The notes under the pieces: model-generated
Database searches by the model: none
Seen by the model: the letters and a program-made list of their open reading frames with translations, nothing else
Told to the model about the DNA's origin: nothing
Assembly: GCF_006345805.1 (NCBI RefSeq)
Contig: NC_043003.1
Coordinates: forward strand, 51,336,001 to 51,400,000
Source: Octopus sinensis
Lineage: Eukaryota
Length of the DNA stretch: 64,000 nucleotides
Reading direction: 5' to 3'
Translations under genes and position numbers: made by a program
In this document: positions 38,271 through 52,347 of the stretch, piece after piece
How the letters are laid out: each line of letters opens with the position of its first letter
How positions within the stretch are numbered: position 1 is the first letter of the stretch

Positions 38271-39663
38271 TATATATATATATATATACTAGCTGAAGGT
38301 GACCCGCTCTACGCGCGGGTAAGAGTGTGGGTGTTACTTTCTGTTGCTTCCTTTCAGCACGTAAAAAGCACCATCCGAACGTGGCCGATTGCAGCACCGC
38401 CTTGACTTGCTTCTGTGCCGGTGGCACGTAAAAAGCACCAACCGATCGTTGTCACTGCGAGCCCCCCTGGCACCAGTGCCGGTGGCACGAAAAATGCACT
38501 CACTACACTCACAGAGTGGTTGGCGTTAGGAAGGTCATCCACCTGTAGAAACACTGCCAGATCAGAGTGGAGCTTGGTGCAGACTCCTGGCTTCCGAGAC
38601 CCCGGTCACACTGCCCAACCCGTGCTAGCACGGAAAACGGACGTTAAACGATGATGATGATGATGATTCTCCGTATTTGTTTCTCTCTCCTTTCTCTCTC
38701 ACTTTCCCGCTCTCTTACTTTTCTTTTCTCTCGGACTCTCCCTCGCTTTCTCTTACTCTCTATCTTTATCTATCTCTCTCCCATTTATAAACAACAGAAG
38801 ATATTGAGTAAGTTGAGAAATAAAATATTTAGAAAGATCAATCAGAAATATGAGGCAGTGGCAATGGAAAGGTCTGCTTCAAGGCAGACCGCAAAACACT
38901 AACATTTAAAAGGGACAGACGAACTTGCGAGCTGAATAAAAATAATAAAATATTGGAAACCAAAGTTTGAAGGGATAGAATCTGAGGATAGTAAAGTCAC
39001 CATGGCTGGCATTTGTTAACGACGGACAGCAACGTAGTGACAGTTTAACGGCTGGCGTAAAATTTTGATCTTGATGTAAAAGAAAATTCGTAAACACCAA
39101 GTTTTGAAGTGATTCTTTCTCACGACAGTAGACTCACGATGGCAAGCATTCAAAACTTCTTTATCATGGACGGCAACACATTGACGATTAAAAGGCTGGC
39201 GCAAATTTTTTAGCTTGATGTAACAGAGAATTCCTGAACACCCACTCCTTGAAATTTTAATCCCCTTCCAGCCCCATTTAGACCCCTTTTCACATTTTGG
39301 TTAATATAAGCCGATTTCATTCGGGTCTACTGGGGCCACATTTTATAAGATGAGGAATTTTGTTCTAGAGGTGACGCCTTTCATTTGAGGAACAAAATAG
39401 TTGTCATGCAAACTTGTCAGCACCTTTATCATAGGTGTGCATATTTTCAGCTGAATCGACCGACTACGTAATGCACACATTATATATATATGTATATATA
39501 TATATGTGTGTGTGTGTGTGCACGCATTATATATACAAATGTATACAAATGAGATATATATCTGTATAAATTAAATTAGAGATAAAACCACTAATAGGCA
39601 AATCAAACAGTGAAAAACCAAAAACAAAAACATAAAAAAAGAAAATATAACATAGAAAATATA

Positions 39664-40680
39664 TCTATATATATAAAACTGTAGTTGTGTGAGTGTCTGT
39701 CCCCTTCGATTTAGATTCATAACTACTCCCACATTTTGCGGTGCAGTTTAACCAAATTCGGGTATCTTATATTCGTGATTCATATCGAGCCCATCTTGCT
39801 ATTAGCGCGCGTTTACGATGAGTCTACGATTTTAAAAATAATTTAACATCATTTTTTATTCCATTTTAATGCATAATTTTTCGTGTGTTGATGGCGGCGG
39901 AGTTGGCGTCCATGGTCACATCTGCACCTGTTTGCTTCTCCCTCGTGAAGCTGTGGGGAAGGGAGTGTAAGGAAATCAACGTCGTAAAGCGTTGTGAAGG
40001 AGACCAGCGTTCTTTTAGAACAACGACTTCATGGCTTGAAGACACTGAGACAACGATTTAAAAAAAAAATTACCATCACTTTTTATTCCATTTTTAATGC
40101 ATTTTTTTGCTATAACTCTCTAAAAATGCTTATATAGTTATTTCCCTTACAAACCCGAGCAACGCCGGGCGATACTGCTAGTCTTTATATATAAAAGTAA
40201 GGTTGTGTGTCTGTCTCCTACGATTTAGATTCCTAACCACTCCCACATTTTGCGGTGCAGTGTAACCAAAACCGGGTATCTTATAGTCGTGATTCATATC
40301 GAGCCCTTCTGGGTATTAGCGCGCGTCTACGATGAGTCAACGATTTAAAAAAAAAATTACCATCATTTTTAATTCCATTTTAATGCATTTTTTGCTATTA
40401 TATAAGGGAAGTAACTCTCTAAAAATGTCTACGATGAGTCAACGATTAAAAAAAAATTACCATCATTTTTTATTCCATTTTAATGCATTTTTCGTTATTA
40501 TATAAGGGAAGTAACTCTCTAAAAATGTCTACGATGAGTCAACGATTAAAAAAAAAATTACTATAATTTTTTATTCCATTTTTAATGCATTTTTTGCTAT
40601 TTTTTTTGCTATAACTCACTAAAAATGCTTATATAGTTATTTCCCTTACAAACCCGAGCAACGCCGGGCGATACTGCTAG
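39664..40680 (+). mobile_element. Two head-to-tail short Helitrons (39664-40181, 40182-40680)
   Basis: A|TC start, CCCGAGCAACGCCGGG hairpin + CTAG at both 3' ends, direct CTAG-TC junction; ~100-bp internal repeats at 40325, 40427, 40527. Confidence 0.9.
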
Positions 40681-40830
40681 TAAAATATAAAATTGAAAAC
40701 TTTAAATTATTTAAATTGAAAATAAAAATTATTAAATTATATTTATAATTTGTTTAAAAATATATATAACTATGAAAAAGTATGAAAAAGTTTAATATAC
40801 ATAAATACAGATATATACACTTTGTATATA

Positions 40831-41093
40831 TACATTATATATACATATTTATATATAGAACACACACACACACACACATACATTACATATACATATTTAT
40901 ATATAGAACACACACACACAAACATACATTATATATACATATTTATATATAGAACACACACACACACACACATACATTATATATACATATTTATATATAG
41001 AACACACACACACACACACATACATTATATATACATATTTATATATAGGACACACACACACACAGACATTATATATACATATTTATATATAGA

Positions 41094-41125
<32 letters not shown>
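40831..41125. repeat. Minisatellite ~42-46 bp, ~7 copies, built from AC/AT microsatellite
   Basis: ACATTATATATACATATTTATATATAGAAC(AC)n repeated. Confidence 0.85.
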
Positions 41126-41128
<3 letters not shown>

Positions 41129-41549
41129 AATGAACGCAAGAATATCTGATTCATAATATTTGTTCTCATGCTCGTGTGTTTGTTGGTGACAGACATATAC
41201 TTAAAAGAACGCCGCCGAAGTGATAGGAAGGTAGGAAACAGAGTCAGTGAAAAAGAAAGGAAATAGCGATAGTGACAGATACTTTAAATAACCGTAGTGG
41301 ACTTCTGAAAGTTCTGAAGAGGAGTAAGAGAGGGAAAGGAGGAAATAGGGTGAGTGAGGAAGATGGCCCCTAGCAACCACACCTTTTAAGATAGGGATTT
41401 CTAAGGTAGCCCACGCACATCGTCACCTCATTCTACATGTCCCTGTAAATTTTGGAGCGAATCGGACGGGATGTAGTGGCATTGAAAGCGAACCAAGCGG
41501 TAAAAACGCATTTCAGTTTTATATATAGAGATATATAATATATATATAT

Positions 41550-41588
<39 letters not shown>

Positions 41589-41589
41589 C

Positions 41590-41811
41590 ATATGTAAGTC
41601 TATGTGTGTGTCTGTGTGTTTCACCCTGATCACTGCTTCACAGCTGCAGTTCGTCTCTTCACATCCCCATAACTTACTGGTTTCACAAGAAGAAACAGAC
41701 ACAATAAGTACCAGGCTTATCAAAATTTAAAAAAATGCACTAGGCAGTGTCTCATATTTTTCTTTGCCCACTCAGTTGTATCTATCAATTTATCTTTTTG
41801 TGTGTGTATGT

Positions 41812-41849
<38 letters not shown>

Positions 41850-41867
41850 TATATATATAATATATAT

Positions 41868-41948
<81 letters not shown>

Positions 41949-42180
41949 ATATGTAAGTGTATGTGTGTGTCTTTGTGTTTTGCCCTCATCACTGCTTCAC
42001 AACCGCTGTTCGTTTATTTACATCCCCATAACTTATTGGTTTCACAAGAAGAAACTAATAGAATAAGTACCAGGCTTATCAACATAAAAAAAGCACTAGA
42101 CTGTGTCTCATATTTTTGTTTGCCCACTCAGTTGTATCTATCAATTATCTTTTGTGTGTGTGTGTGTATGTATGTGTGTA
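41590..42180. repeat. ~355-bp tandem duplication of a degenerate SINE A segment plus flank
   Basis: ATCACTGCTTCAC..CATCCCCATAACTTA..AATAAGTACCAGGCTTATCAA..GCCCACTCAGTTGTATCTATCAATT occurs twice. Confidence 0.75.
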
Positions 42181-42274
42181 TATATATATATATATTATAT
42201 ATATAATATATAATATATATATATATATATATACATAATATATATATATACATATTATATATATATATATATAT

Positions 42275-42335
<61 letters not shown>

Positions 42336-42368
42336 TAATATATTATATATATATATAATATATATATG

Positions 42369-42674
42369 TAGAGGTGCAATGGCCTAGTGGTTAGGGCAGC
42401 GGACTCGCAGTCGTAGGATCGCGGTTTCGATTCCCAGACCGGACGTTGTGAGTGTTTATTGAGCAAAAACACCTAAAAGCTCCACGAGGCTCCGGCAGGG
42501 GGTGGTGATCCCTGCTGTACTCTTTCACCACTCTTTCTCCCACTCTTTATTCTGTTGGCCTGCTCACTTAGCCAGCGGGGTGGCGTCATTCGAAGGCTAA
42601 AACAATGCGAACGCATTGTGACCAGCGATGTGTAACTACATGTGATGGACTGGTCCGTCACGTGATCACGTGAT
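42369..42674 (+). mobile_element. tRNA-derived SINE family C
   Basis: A box TGGCCTAGTGG, B box GTTTCGATTCC, 3' (CACGTGAT)2 tail, in (TA)n. Confidence 0.8.
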
Positions 42675-44329
42675 ATATATATATACATATATAATACACA
42701 CACACACATATATATACGTGTTCATGCGTTACAGTTACTCAGAAGTCCGTCTGAATGCATATATCTGGTTTTGAAAGTAAGCTCTTTCAGATATACACAT
42801 GTATATATACACTGGTACACAACCTCATACATTAAATGTACACTCTCACACAGATGTACACAGATACTGTGTGTGTTTATATATATATATATATACATAC
42901 ATATTAATACACACATGTACACACACACACAAATGGTATTGGCATAGGGAAAATGGTTGAATTAAGTTTATTTCAAATGGCAAAGTTGAGAATCAGAAGA
43001 GAAATTGTTTAAACAAGCTATCGATCAAGTGGAATACATCTCACAATCTTAGATTGTATCATATCGCAGCTGTCATTTATAGAAGTGGTACAAAGCAGCC
43101 AGGTCAGATAAACAGAAATTCAAAGATATGCATGCTGTGGTCCACACATACAAACACACTTTAGAACATTAAGATATATCAGCCAATATACTTCCTCCTT
43201 GTCTCCGTAACACAATTATAATAAGGCTTCATGGATTCACCTGGAGTTCATTTCTACTGTCACAACATGAAACTAACAAAGTCTCCACAAGATCACTCAA
43301 CTGGCTTGAAATAGCAGCCAAATGTCCTCAAATCACACAGAGTTGTCTTTAAAAAAGGAGGACTACACTGGATAATGTAATTTTAGATACACTGTGCCTG
43401 AATAATGACAGATGGTCTTGGATAGAATATCCCACTCCTACATGGCAGATAGAAAGAGTGTGTGTGTGTGTTAGTGTGAATTTAGATAAGAGAAAAATGT
43501 ACTGAATACATGTAGTGGGGTTTTTCCAAGAAGGACTTAAAAGAAAAAGTGAAACAGAAGAGTAACAAAATGAAGCCCCAGCTTTGGAAAATTGAAAATA
43601 TATATGTCACCAATATTGTCATTGTCATATCAGCTTTTCTGTGCTAGTATATATCAATATAGCTATATGTGACAACAGTAGCAGGGTACTTTACTTCAAT
43701 CACTGCAACATTAATACCTAATGTGTCAACTAACGCATGAAACTATTGAAAAATCAAACCCTGCAACAGCTTTACAGTTAATATTTTACTTATTGATTTA
43801 CAGTAAATATATTTTAACACTATCAATGAAAGCTTTATATTAAGTGGTTCCAGAGCTGTACTTTTATATATAACCTTTGTGCTTGTTTGTGTGAGTAATA
43901 TGGGGCATTCCTCTGAGCACACGGAGGCTCAAAATTGGGAAGTAAAAATTAATGTGAAGCAGCAAAGATCACAATTGAGTAATAACTGTCTGGATTACAT
44001 GAAAAATTTTGTATGTTTTTTTGGAGAAGGAAGATAAAACAGATCATTTCAAGTAGAAAGTTATAGCCAACAAATTCAGAAGGAAATGTATAAGTACAGC
44101 AGTAGTCGATGGGTATGACATTTCTGAAGCCCTTAATATCACCATCCTATCTGTCTGTTTGTCTCTCTATTTCTCTCTCTCTCTCACTTACTGAAAAATA
44201 TGGAAACACATGAATTCCACTGATTAAAGTTATAGTTCTTACATATCTCATACTTACCATAAATTCATCCTATTATAATATTAATCACATAATACATAAA
44301 CAAACAACACTAAAATAGAAAAAGAAAAG

Positions 44330-44692
44330 CAAGCATGGCTGTGTAGTACGAAGCTTGCTTCCCAACCACATGGTTCTGGGTTCAGTCCCACTGCGTGGCA
44401 AGTGTCTTCAAGCTGACCAAAGCCTTGTGAGTGGATTTGGTACACACAAACTGAAAGAAGCTGCTGTATGTATGTATGTATATATATCTTTATTGGTATG
44501 TGTATTTATATCCCGACCATCGCTTCACAACTGATGTTGGTGTGTTTACACCTCTGTAACTTAGTGGTTCGGCAAAAGAGACCGACAGAATAAGTGCTGG
44601 GCTTACAAAGAATAAGTCCTGGGGTCGATTCGTTCGACTAAAGGTGGTGCTCCAGCATGGCTGCAACCAAATGACAGAAACAAGTAAAAAAA
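44330..44692 (+). mobile_element. SINE family A, degenerate full length
   Basis: Head, middle and tail homologous to 25861-26255. Confidence 0.8.
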
Positions 44693-46684
44693 AATGTATA
44701 AAGCTATTCACTTGATAATTGAAGCTCATCATTTCAAGCCAACAAATTACTAGAAATAGTAACTAAATTTCATTCAAATCAAACCTAGCACCTTAAAAAA
44801 AAAGAGGACATAGTGAACAAGGGTAATCCAGTAATTCTGTGGATGGAGAGAAAGTGCTGTGTGTGTGGATGCTCAGAGCTAGAATGCTGCATAATCAAAA
44901 CAGATTTGGGAACAATCACCAACAGCCTGTCACCAAATATATTTAACACCTGCTTGTCTACTGACCAAAATAATCTTTGTTATTGAAAACTTTACACTCT
45001 CCCATTTTCACTACTGTCTCTCTTATTCCTGAAACAGTTACATATCTCAGTGTGCCCTGTTTCACATCCAACATTTCAAGCTAAATATTTAGACACACTG
45101 ACTTCTCCCTACATATCAATCAAAATGTAATCTGGAGAATTTTAGAGCAATACTTTCCTTAACTTTCGAGTAACTCTCAGCCAGCTGACCTATGTTGAAA
45201 GGTATTTCATCCAGTCACAGAAAACATTTTTCAGACATTGTATATCTAGTACTACCATTAGTCAATGGATCTCTCTTAAAAGATAGAAGTGGGATTTGGC
45301 TGCTATTTCTAAATCAAGTGACTGCTAAGAGGCTACGTCATTGGCCATCTTGGAATGTCAGCTATCACAGGATGTGCTACCCAAAATATGTTTCCAGGCA
45401 GAGAATGGGGTATTAATTTAGGGCCTTGTAGAGAACAAGTAATTTCTGTGATAAGAAAGCCAAGTTCCTTTGATGTTTTTCTGACATTTCAACAATAGTA
45501 CAATTGGAATAGAAGAGAAATCCTAATGTGCAAAATAAGTAGTTTATTTGAAGTAGGAGAATGAAGAAATCCATGATAGCAAGAATATAAAATCTCCATT
45601 TAAACTCAAGCCAATCAAAACTTTGTGAGAGTATTTGGGAAATAGAAACTGAAAGAAATTCATCATGTGTATGTGTGTGTGTGGTGTGTGTGTGTGTGTG
45701 TGTATACGTATCATCATTATCCATCATTTTAAATCTGGGTTTTGTCCCCGTTGATGGGGGTGGCCGGATCTACCTCAATGCCATAGCAACTGCCCTCACA
45801 CCATCTTGCCTGGTTTTGGTTGTCCTCCTTTCTCAAGCCAACCGTCCCAATTTCCTCCACATCTTCCTCACTTTTGCTGTCCATTTACCTGAAACTTTAG
45901 CACCCTATTCAGAACATGCTCCTCATACCTCCTCAAAACATACCACTCCAATCCATTCCACTAATTCCTCCAACTGCAGCATCCCCATCAAGCCCCTCAG
46001 TCCTCCTCTTATCAAACAGCCTCATGCCACACATTTCTTTCACCATTGCTCTCTCAGTCCTTCTCAAAATTGCCATGCATACATACATACACACGTAAGT
46101 GTAAGCCAAGTAATGAGCAGTAATAAGAACTATGACAAAAGAATAAAGGATTATTTGATGAACTTCATTAGCTTACAGCTCTTTCTATTGCAAGATGCAG
46201 TGGGCTCATAGTTGAGTGCCTGAATAACATCTTATATCTTCATCATTCTTTCTTATTATTGCTCTATACTCTGCTAACACTTTGTTCTGAAAGATAACGC
46301 ATATTGAGTTCTACACTTGGTTGTTAGTCTTACAATGCCTAAACAAAATATATATAGTCAATAAAAAAAAAACACAAAGGAAAACAAACAAACGTGTGGA
46401 CAAAGCACAAGCAGTGTATTAATAAGATGCTCAGAGAAGGAAAATAGGAGTTTTACATTTTGAGCATAGCTCTTCTTCAGAAACAGGAAAAACAGTAGAA
46501 TCCAAGACGGATGAAAAGAAACACATGTTGGAATGTGTTGAATTTGACTTTTTGAAACAGTGTTTTATGACCTGATGCCATTCTTGATGCACCCATAAAA
46601 AACCAAGAATGGAGTCTAGATTGGGCACAATGTATTATTGTAAGACTTGTGACAGATACCAGAGTCACATAAAAACATCCATTA

Positions 46685-46838
46685 CACTCTTGGAGTGGTT
46701 GGTGTTAGGAAGGGCGTCCAGCCATAGAAACCCTGCTAAATAAGACTGGAGTCTGGTGCAGCCTTCCAGATTGCTGGCCCTGGTCAAACTGTCTAACCCA
46801 TGCCAGCATGGACAATGGATGCTAAATAATGATGATGA
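46685..46838 (+). mobile_element. Family D retroposon 3' end
   Basis: GGAGTGGTTGGTGTTAGGAAGGGCGTCCAG..GATGATGA. Confidence 0.7.
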
Positions 46839-46905
46839 GGTGGCAGAAATGTAGGACGAGACTGAGATTAAGACAGCAGCAACAATTGAGTGAAAGAGAA
46901 GAGTA

Positions 46906-48887
46906 TCTCTTATTATAAAAGGCAGATTTTATCTGCCTCCCTTTGTATCTTATAGAAATCTACAATATAGGATTTCTTCAATTACAATTTACCTAGCATT
47001 TTTAAGAGTAGAATGCATCGGGTCGTGCCAGGTCCAGTTTTTAAAATTTCAACCCCAATTAAGCAAAATTTAGAGAAACCTCACATTGTGGTGTATAAGT
47101 CAAATGCTTTTCTTAGTGCGGGCTACAGCACACGCAAACGCACACACACAGTGTGCAACGAATAAAGTGAAAGTAATTCACTTTTTCTAGTGAGTGACTC
47201 TTTCACTCTGCCTCCCACTTCCTCTTTACACACATAGACACGCAAATATATAAATAAAACTGTAAGCTAACGTGCGTGTGTGTGAGTGTGTGTGTGTGTG
47301 TGCGTGTGTGTGTGTGTGAGGGTGCGTGTGTGTGTGTGTGCGTGTGTGTGAGTGTGTGACAGGAAAGTTTTTTACGACGAATATAAGACCTATATCCAAG
47401 TAGCAGAAAGATCGCCCAAAAGTGTATATAGATATTTAAATGTATTTATATATTCATCTATACACAGATGTATGTATAATGTGTGTGTATATATTTCCAT
47501 AGAGGTAACCTTTCACTCCATACGAAGTTTTTTAGGACGAATATAAGATCTAAAGTATATACAAGTAGCAGAAAGATCGCCCAAAAGTGTATATAGATAT
47601 TTAAATGTATTTATATATTCATCTATACACAGATGTATGTATAATGTGTATGTATATATTTTTATAGACGTAACCATTCACTCCGCACAAAGTTTTTTAG
47701 GACGAAAATAAGATCTAAAGTTATCTCTAAGTAGCACAAAGATCGCCCAAAAGTGTATATAGATATATAAATGTATTTATATATTCATCTATGCACACAT
47801 GTATGTATAACGTGTGTGTATATATTTCCATAGAGGTAACCATTCACTCCATACAAAGTTTTTTAGGACGAAAATAAGATCTAAAGTTATCTCTAAGAAA
47901 CAGAAAGATCGCCCAAAAGTGTATATAGATATTTAAATGTATTTATATATTCAACTATACACACATGTATGTATAATGTGCGTGTATATATTGCCATAGA
48001 GGTAACCATTCAATCCATACAAAGTTTTTTAGGACGAAAATATTTATATATAAAAGAAAGGTTGTGTGTCTGTCTACTCCGATTTAGATTCCTAACTACT
48101 CCCACATTTTGCGATGCAGTTTAACCAAAACCGGGTATCTTATAGTCGTGATTCATATCGAGACCTTCTGGGTATTAGTGCGCGTCTACGATGAGTCTAT
48201 GATTTTACAAATAATTTACCATCATTTTTTTCCATTTTAATGCATATTTTTTTAAATAAAGGGAAGTAACTCTAAAACTTCACACCAATATGCGTGCTCA
48301 TATGCGACGTAATATCACATCAGCAGCATTTCCTCACACCCTCCTTGCACTTGGCGAAGGCAAAATACCAGGGGATGAAAATGGTAATATTGCTATCGAT
48401 TCCATTTGTAACATTGTTAAGACGCCTTCTGATCTCAGAGATGCAGTGTTCCCAGATCTACAAGCTAATTATCAGAATATGGATTGGATTGGCAAAAAGG
48501 CTATACTGGCGCCGAGGAATAAAACTGTTCACCATATTAATGATGAAATGCTAAAACTCATTCCTGGGGAAGTCTATGTATATCAGTCTATCGGTACAAC
48601 TCCTGACCCAGAGGACGTCATCAACTATCCAATAGAGGTGCTCAATTCCTTTGAGCACCCCGGACTACCACCACACTTTCTGAAACTTAAAGTTGGTGCC
48701 CCTATAATGCTCATCAGAAATTTGGTTCCCCCAAAACAATGCAATGGCACACGTTTGATCGTTAAGTCCTTATCTCCCACCGTAAACTTATATCAATATT
48801 TGCCTGAATAATCATCATAATTCAGTGCAATCATTAACAGTACTTTCAAGCAATTCAGCCCCGAGCAACGCCGGGCAATTCTGCTAG
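46906..48887 (+). mobile_element. Composite non-autonomous Helitron, copy 2
   Basis: A|TC at 46906, CTAG|T at 48884-48888, 3' hairpin; satellite at 47363-48040; helicase fragment. Confidence 0.92.
48290..48811 (+). pseudogene. Helitron PIF1-like helicase fragment (173-aa open frame)
   Basis: [38 protein letters not shown]; lacks Walker A and C-terminal motifs. Confidence 0.88.
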
Positions 48888-49900
48888 TTCTAAATATAAT
48901 TGGCCATGGCACATGAGAAAATATGACAGAAATTAAGCACGCATTAATTTATGCTACTGAGACTACTGGCCACAGGAGATAAGATTTTACTACTACTGCC
49001 ACTTAGTTAAGCTGGGCAAAGCATTTACCTCCCCATGACTCATTTTCATCTGACAGTGGAAAATTGATACCAACCTCTTTCACAGAATAGGTCAAGCAAC
49101 AAAGTTAAAAACTTCAAGTTAACCACCTCATTCATGAAATCGTATAAAAATAGATGTTAAAAATGAAATGGGTGTACATACAAAAAAAATACAAAACCGA
49201 GAAGAGAATATGATCCATTCCAAATACTTGGTCAAGTGAAACAAAAACAAGTTTCATCATATTTATAATTTACTATTATAAAAGGTTACAACAACTATAT
49301 ATTTGGCTGTGTGTACATGAGAGTATTCATTTGTTATACATTTGCTTTTCCATGTCACCCTGGGTTAAGATGACTATATTATTGAGGTACTGTTTTCCAA
49401 ATGGATGCCTTTCTTGGTCAATTTGTGTTTACATGTGTCTGTATGTGTGCATGTACACACACACACATACATACATACATAAATCTTTATTGTTTTTAAT
49501 CAGTACAATGTTACAAAAAGTTACACAAAAAAGTGACCGCCAGAATGGAGTAAGTCGAGCAAGAACACACATGGAAACGAAAAGTATTTCTGAAGAGGTC
49601 ACAGATGTGTGATAAAAGATTTCCGGACAACAGACAGGCATTAAAATAATAACAGTAATAAACGAGTGAAGAAAAAAAGTGCTCCAGCATGGCCACAGTC
49701 AAATGACTGAAACAAGTAAAAGAATATATAGTGCGTGTGTTTATTTGGTAAAAAAAATAATAATAAATAAAATGACCATCCCAAAAAACATCTATTTCAA
49801 CACATGATTTCACATCAGGAATCTTGCAAACGAACTGATATACATTTATATATAACAAAAAGCAGGTGTAATAGTTTGACACTTGGGAAAGTGAGAACGT

Positions 49901-49936
49901 CTTTTACGTTTCGAGCCTATGCTCTTCAACAGAAAG
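49901..49936 (-). ncRNA. Minimal hammerhead-like motif, A6U variant
   Basis: CTTT-CTGTTGA-A-GAGC-ATAG-GCTC-GAA-ACGT-A|AAAG; palindromic stem III, GUA triplet. Confidence 0.55.
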
Positions 49937-49951
49937 GAATATGAGGAAATA

Positions 49952-49998
<47 letters not shown>

Positions 49999-50021
49999 TA
50001 TATAGAAGGAGCTTCTACAGG

Positions 50022-50063
50022 ACTAGAACTGTTTCATTCAAGAGAAATCTTCAGGAAGCTAGT
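50022..50063 (-). ncRNA. Degenerate hammerhead-like motif
   Basis: ACTAG-CTTC-CTGAAGA-TTTC-TCTT-GAAT-GAAA-CAG-TT|CTAGT; canonical core but stem I displaced by 4 nt. Confidence 0.35.
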
Positions 50064-50650
50064 TAACAAGAATTGTATTGGCATTTATACATTTAGGCAG
50101 GTTTAAAGGGGTGTTGGTGGGGGACTTTTTGGGGGTAGGCATAGCGCAAAATATCATACTTGGGGGAGTGGTCAAGGAGTCAGTGTTAAATTAGATAGAA
50201 GAATAAATAAAAAAATAAAAAAATATATTAAAAAAAATATAAAAATATATATAAAAAAAGTTAATAGAGCTTTAGGTAAATAAGGAGATTCTCACTTATA
50301 CCTATGCACATATGTATACATATATACACACACACACAAACATATATACATATACATACACACATACGTACACACACACATATATACATATATATACACT
50401 TACACATACATATACATATCTACACATACACATGTATGTATACATACACACACTCACATGCATACACGTATACACACATGTATATATACACACACGACCA
50501 CACATACATATACACACAGAAAAATATATATACACATACACACACATACTCACATACACGCATACACACACATATCCACACACACACATGCACACACAGC
50601 ACACTAGTCCCTATATACACATACACACATATATATACACACACATACAT

Positions 50651-50704
<54 letters not shown>

Positions 50705-51166
50705 GTGTACCTATGCATACCTACACATACACACATATATATACACATACAAATACAGACCCATTCCCTAATTTTAATTTTATTATCTTCATTTATCACT
50801 TTTGTTATCTTTGATCGCTGGTCACAAACATCTTGGCTATGACAGCCAGTCCATTTATCTGTCTACTGGAAAACAAGCACTCATTTACTCACGCACGCTC
50901 TTTAGCACGTACACTCACTCATTCGTACACTCATACACATACACGAACGCACGCGTTATATTCATACATACATACATCTACATACATTCACGTATATTCA
51001 CATACGTACGCGTACCTACAGATTCATGTCTACACTCTTAGAAGGCTAGTCTATACATATACACCAATAAATATAAATACACACACATACATATACACCT
51101 ACATACAAATACATACATGTATACATATATATACATATATATACATATTCACATATATATACATAC

Positions 51167-51215
<49 letters not shown>

Positions 51216-51473
51216 CATATATATACATACACACACATACATACACATACATACATATACACACATACACATACATACGTATACATACATACATACATCC
51301 ATTACATACACATACACACACACATATATATATATATATATTAAGGTATGTAGAAAAATACAACATGGACAAGAACGTATAACTCTTAGAAGACGATACA
51401 ATAAACACGGACAGGACATTCGAAACCCTCAGTCTTCAGTCAAGAACCGGATCATCGTAGTAATTTCGGCTGA

Positions 51474-51509
<36 letters not shown>

Positions 51510-51865
51510 CACACATATACATACATACATATACAAATATACGCACACACATACATACATACTCATATACACATACACGCACATACACATGTACATGCGT
51601 ACCCATACACACACACGCGCGCATCGATATATACACATAAGTACACACATGCGTAAAAGTATACATATATCTATGCTTACACATACACACACACACTCGT
51701 GCCTCCTTATATTCATACTTCCATGCATACTCAAAAAATAAGTAAATAGTAAAATATATATACGCGCAGTTATTCATACATGCATACTCAAAAAATAAAT
51801 AATAAATATTAAGTATATGTACGTGCAGTTACTCATTATATAGACGGATACATACATATAAACTT

Positions 51866-51920
<55 letters not shown>

Positions 51921-52172
51921 ATACACATATATATACACATACATATATACATATATATACACACACACACATATACACACATATATATATATATATATAC
52001 ATATTTACACACGTGTACAAATACATACACACATAGATAACTCTACGTACCTACATATACATAAACACACGAGCGTACACGTATATGTACATATACACAT
52101 ACACACACACACACATATATATATATACATATATACACACACACACACATATATATACACACACACATATAT

Positions 52173-52238
<66 letters not shown>

Positions 52239-52305
52239 CATATTTTACTCTACTATGTATTGAGTACCTTATTTACTGTGGTTAACCCCGAATCAACCCG
52301 GGACC

Positions 52306-52345
<40 letters not shown>

Positions 52346-52347
<2 letters not shown>

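Larger units (their letters stand above)
38289..41531 (-). mobile_element. Helitron family H2, copy c, with nested insertions
   Basis: CTAG at 38289, 5' A|TCTCTATATATAAAACTG at 41531; first ~1.07 kb colinear with 26286-27350. Confidence 0.7.

Noticed and set aside
42371-42445. Functional tRNA gene
   Set aside because: A and B boxes present but the acceptor stem does not close and the sequence runs into a SINE body and tail
46160-46290. Minus-strand exon with ankyrin-like SPLHLAIE
   Set aside because: Frames from the good acceptor hit stops; the alternative acceptor lacks a pyrimidine tract
51410-51480. Hammerhead around CTGAAGA (minus) / GAAAC..GTC (plus)
   Set aside because: Core halves lie on opposite strands and stems do not close
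6075-52285. Dozens of ORFs such as MYVCMYV.., YIYIYI.., HTHTHT..
   Set aside because: Translations of (TACA)n, (TA)n, (CA)n and (TAA)n microsatellites; not genes
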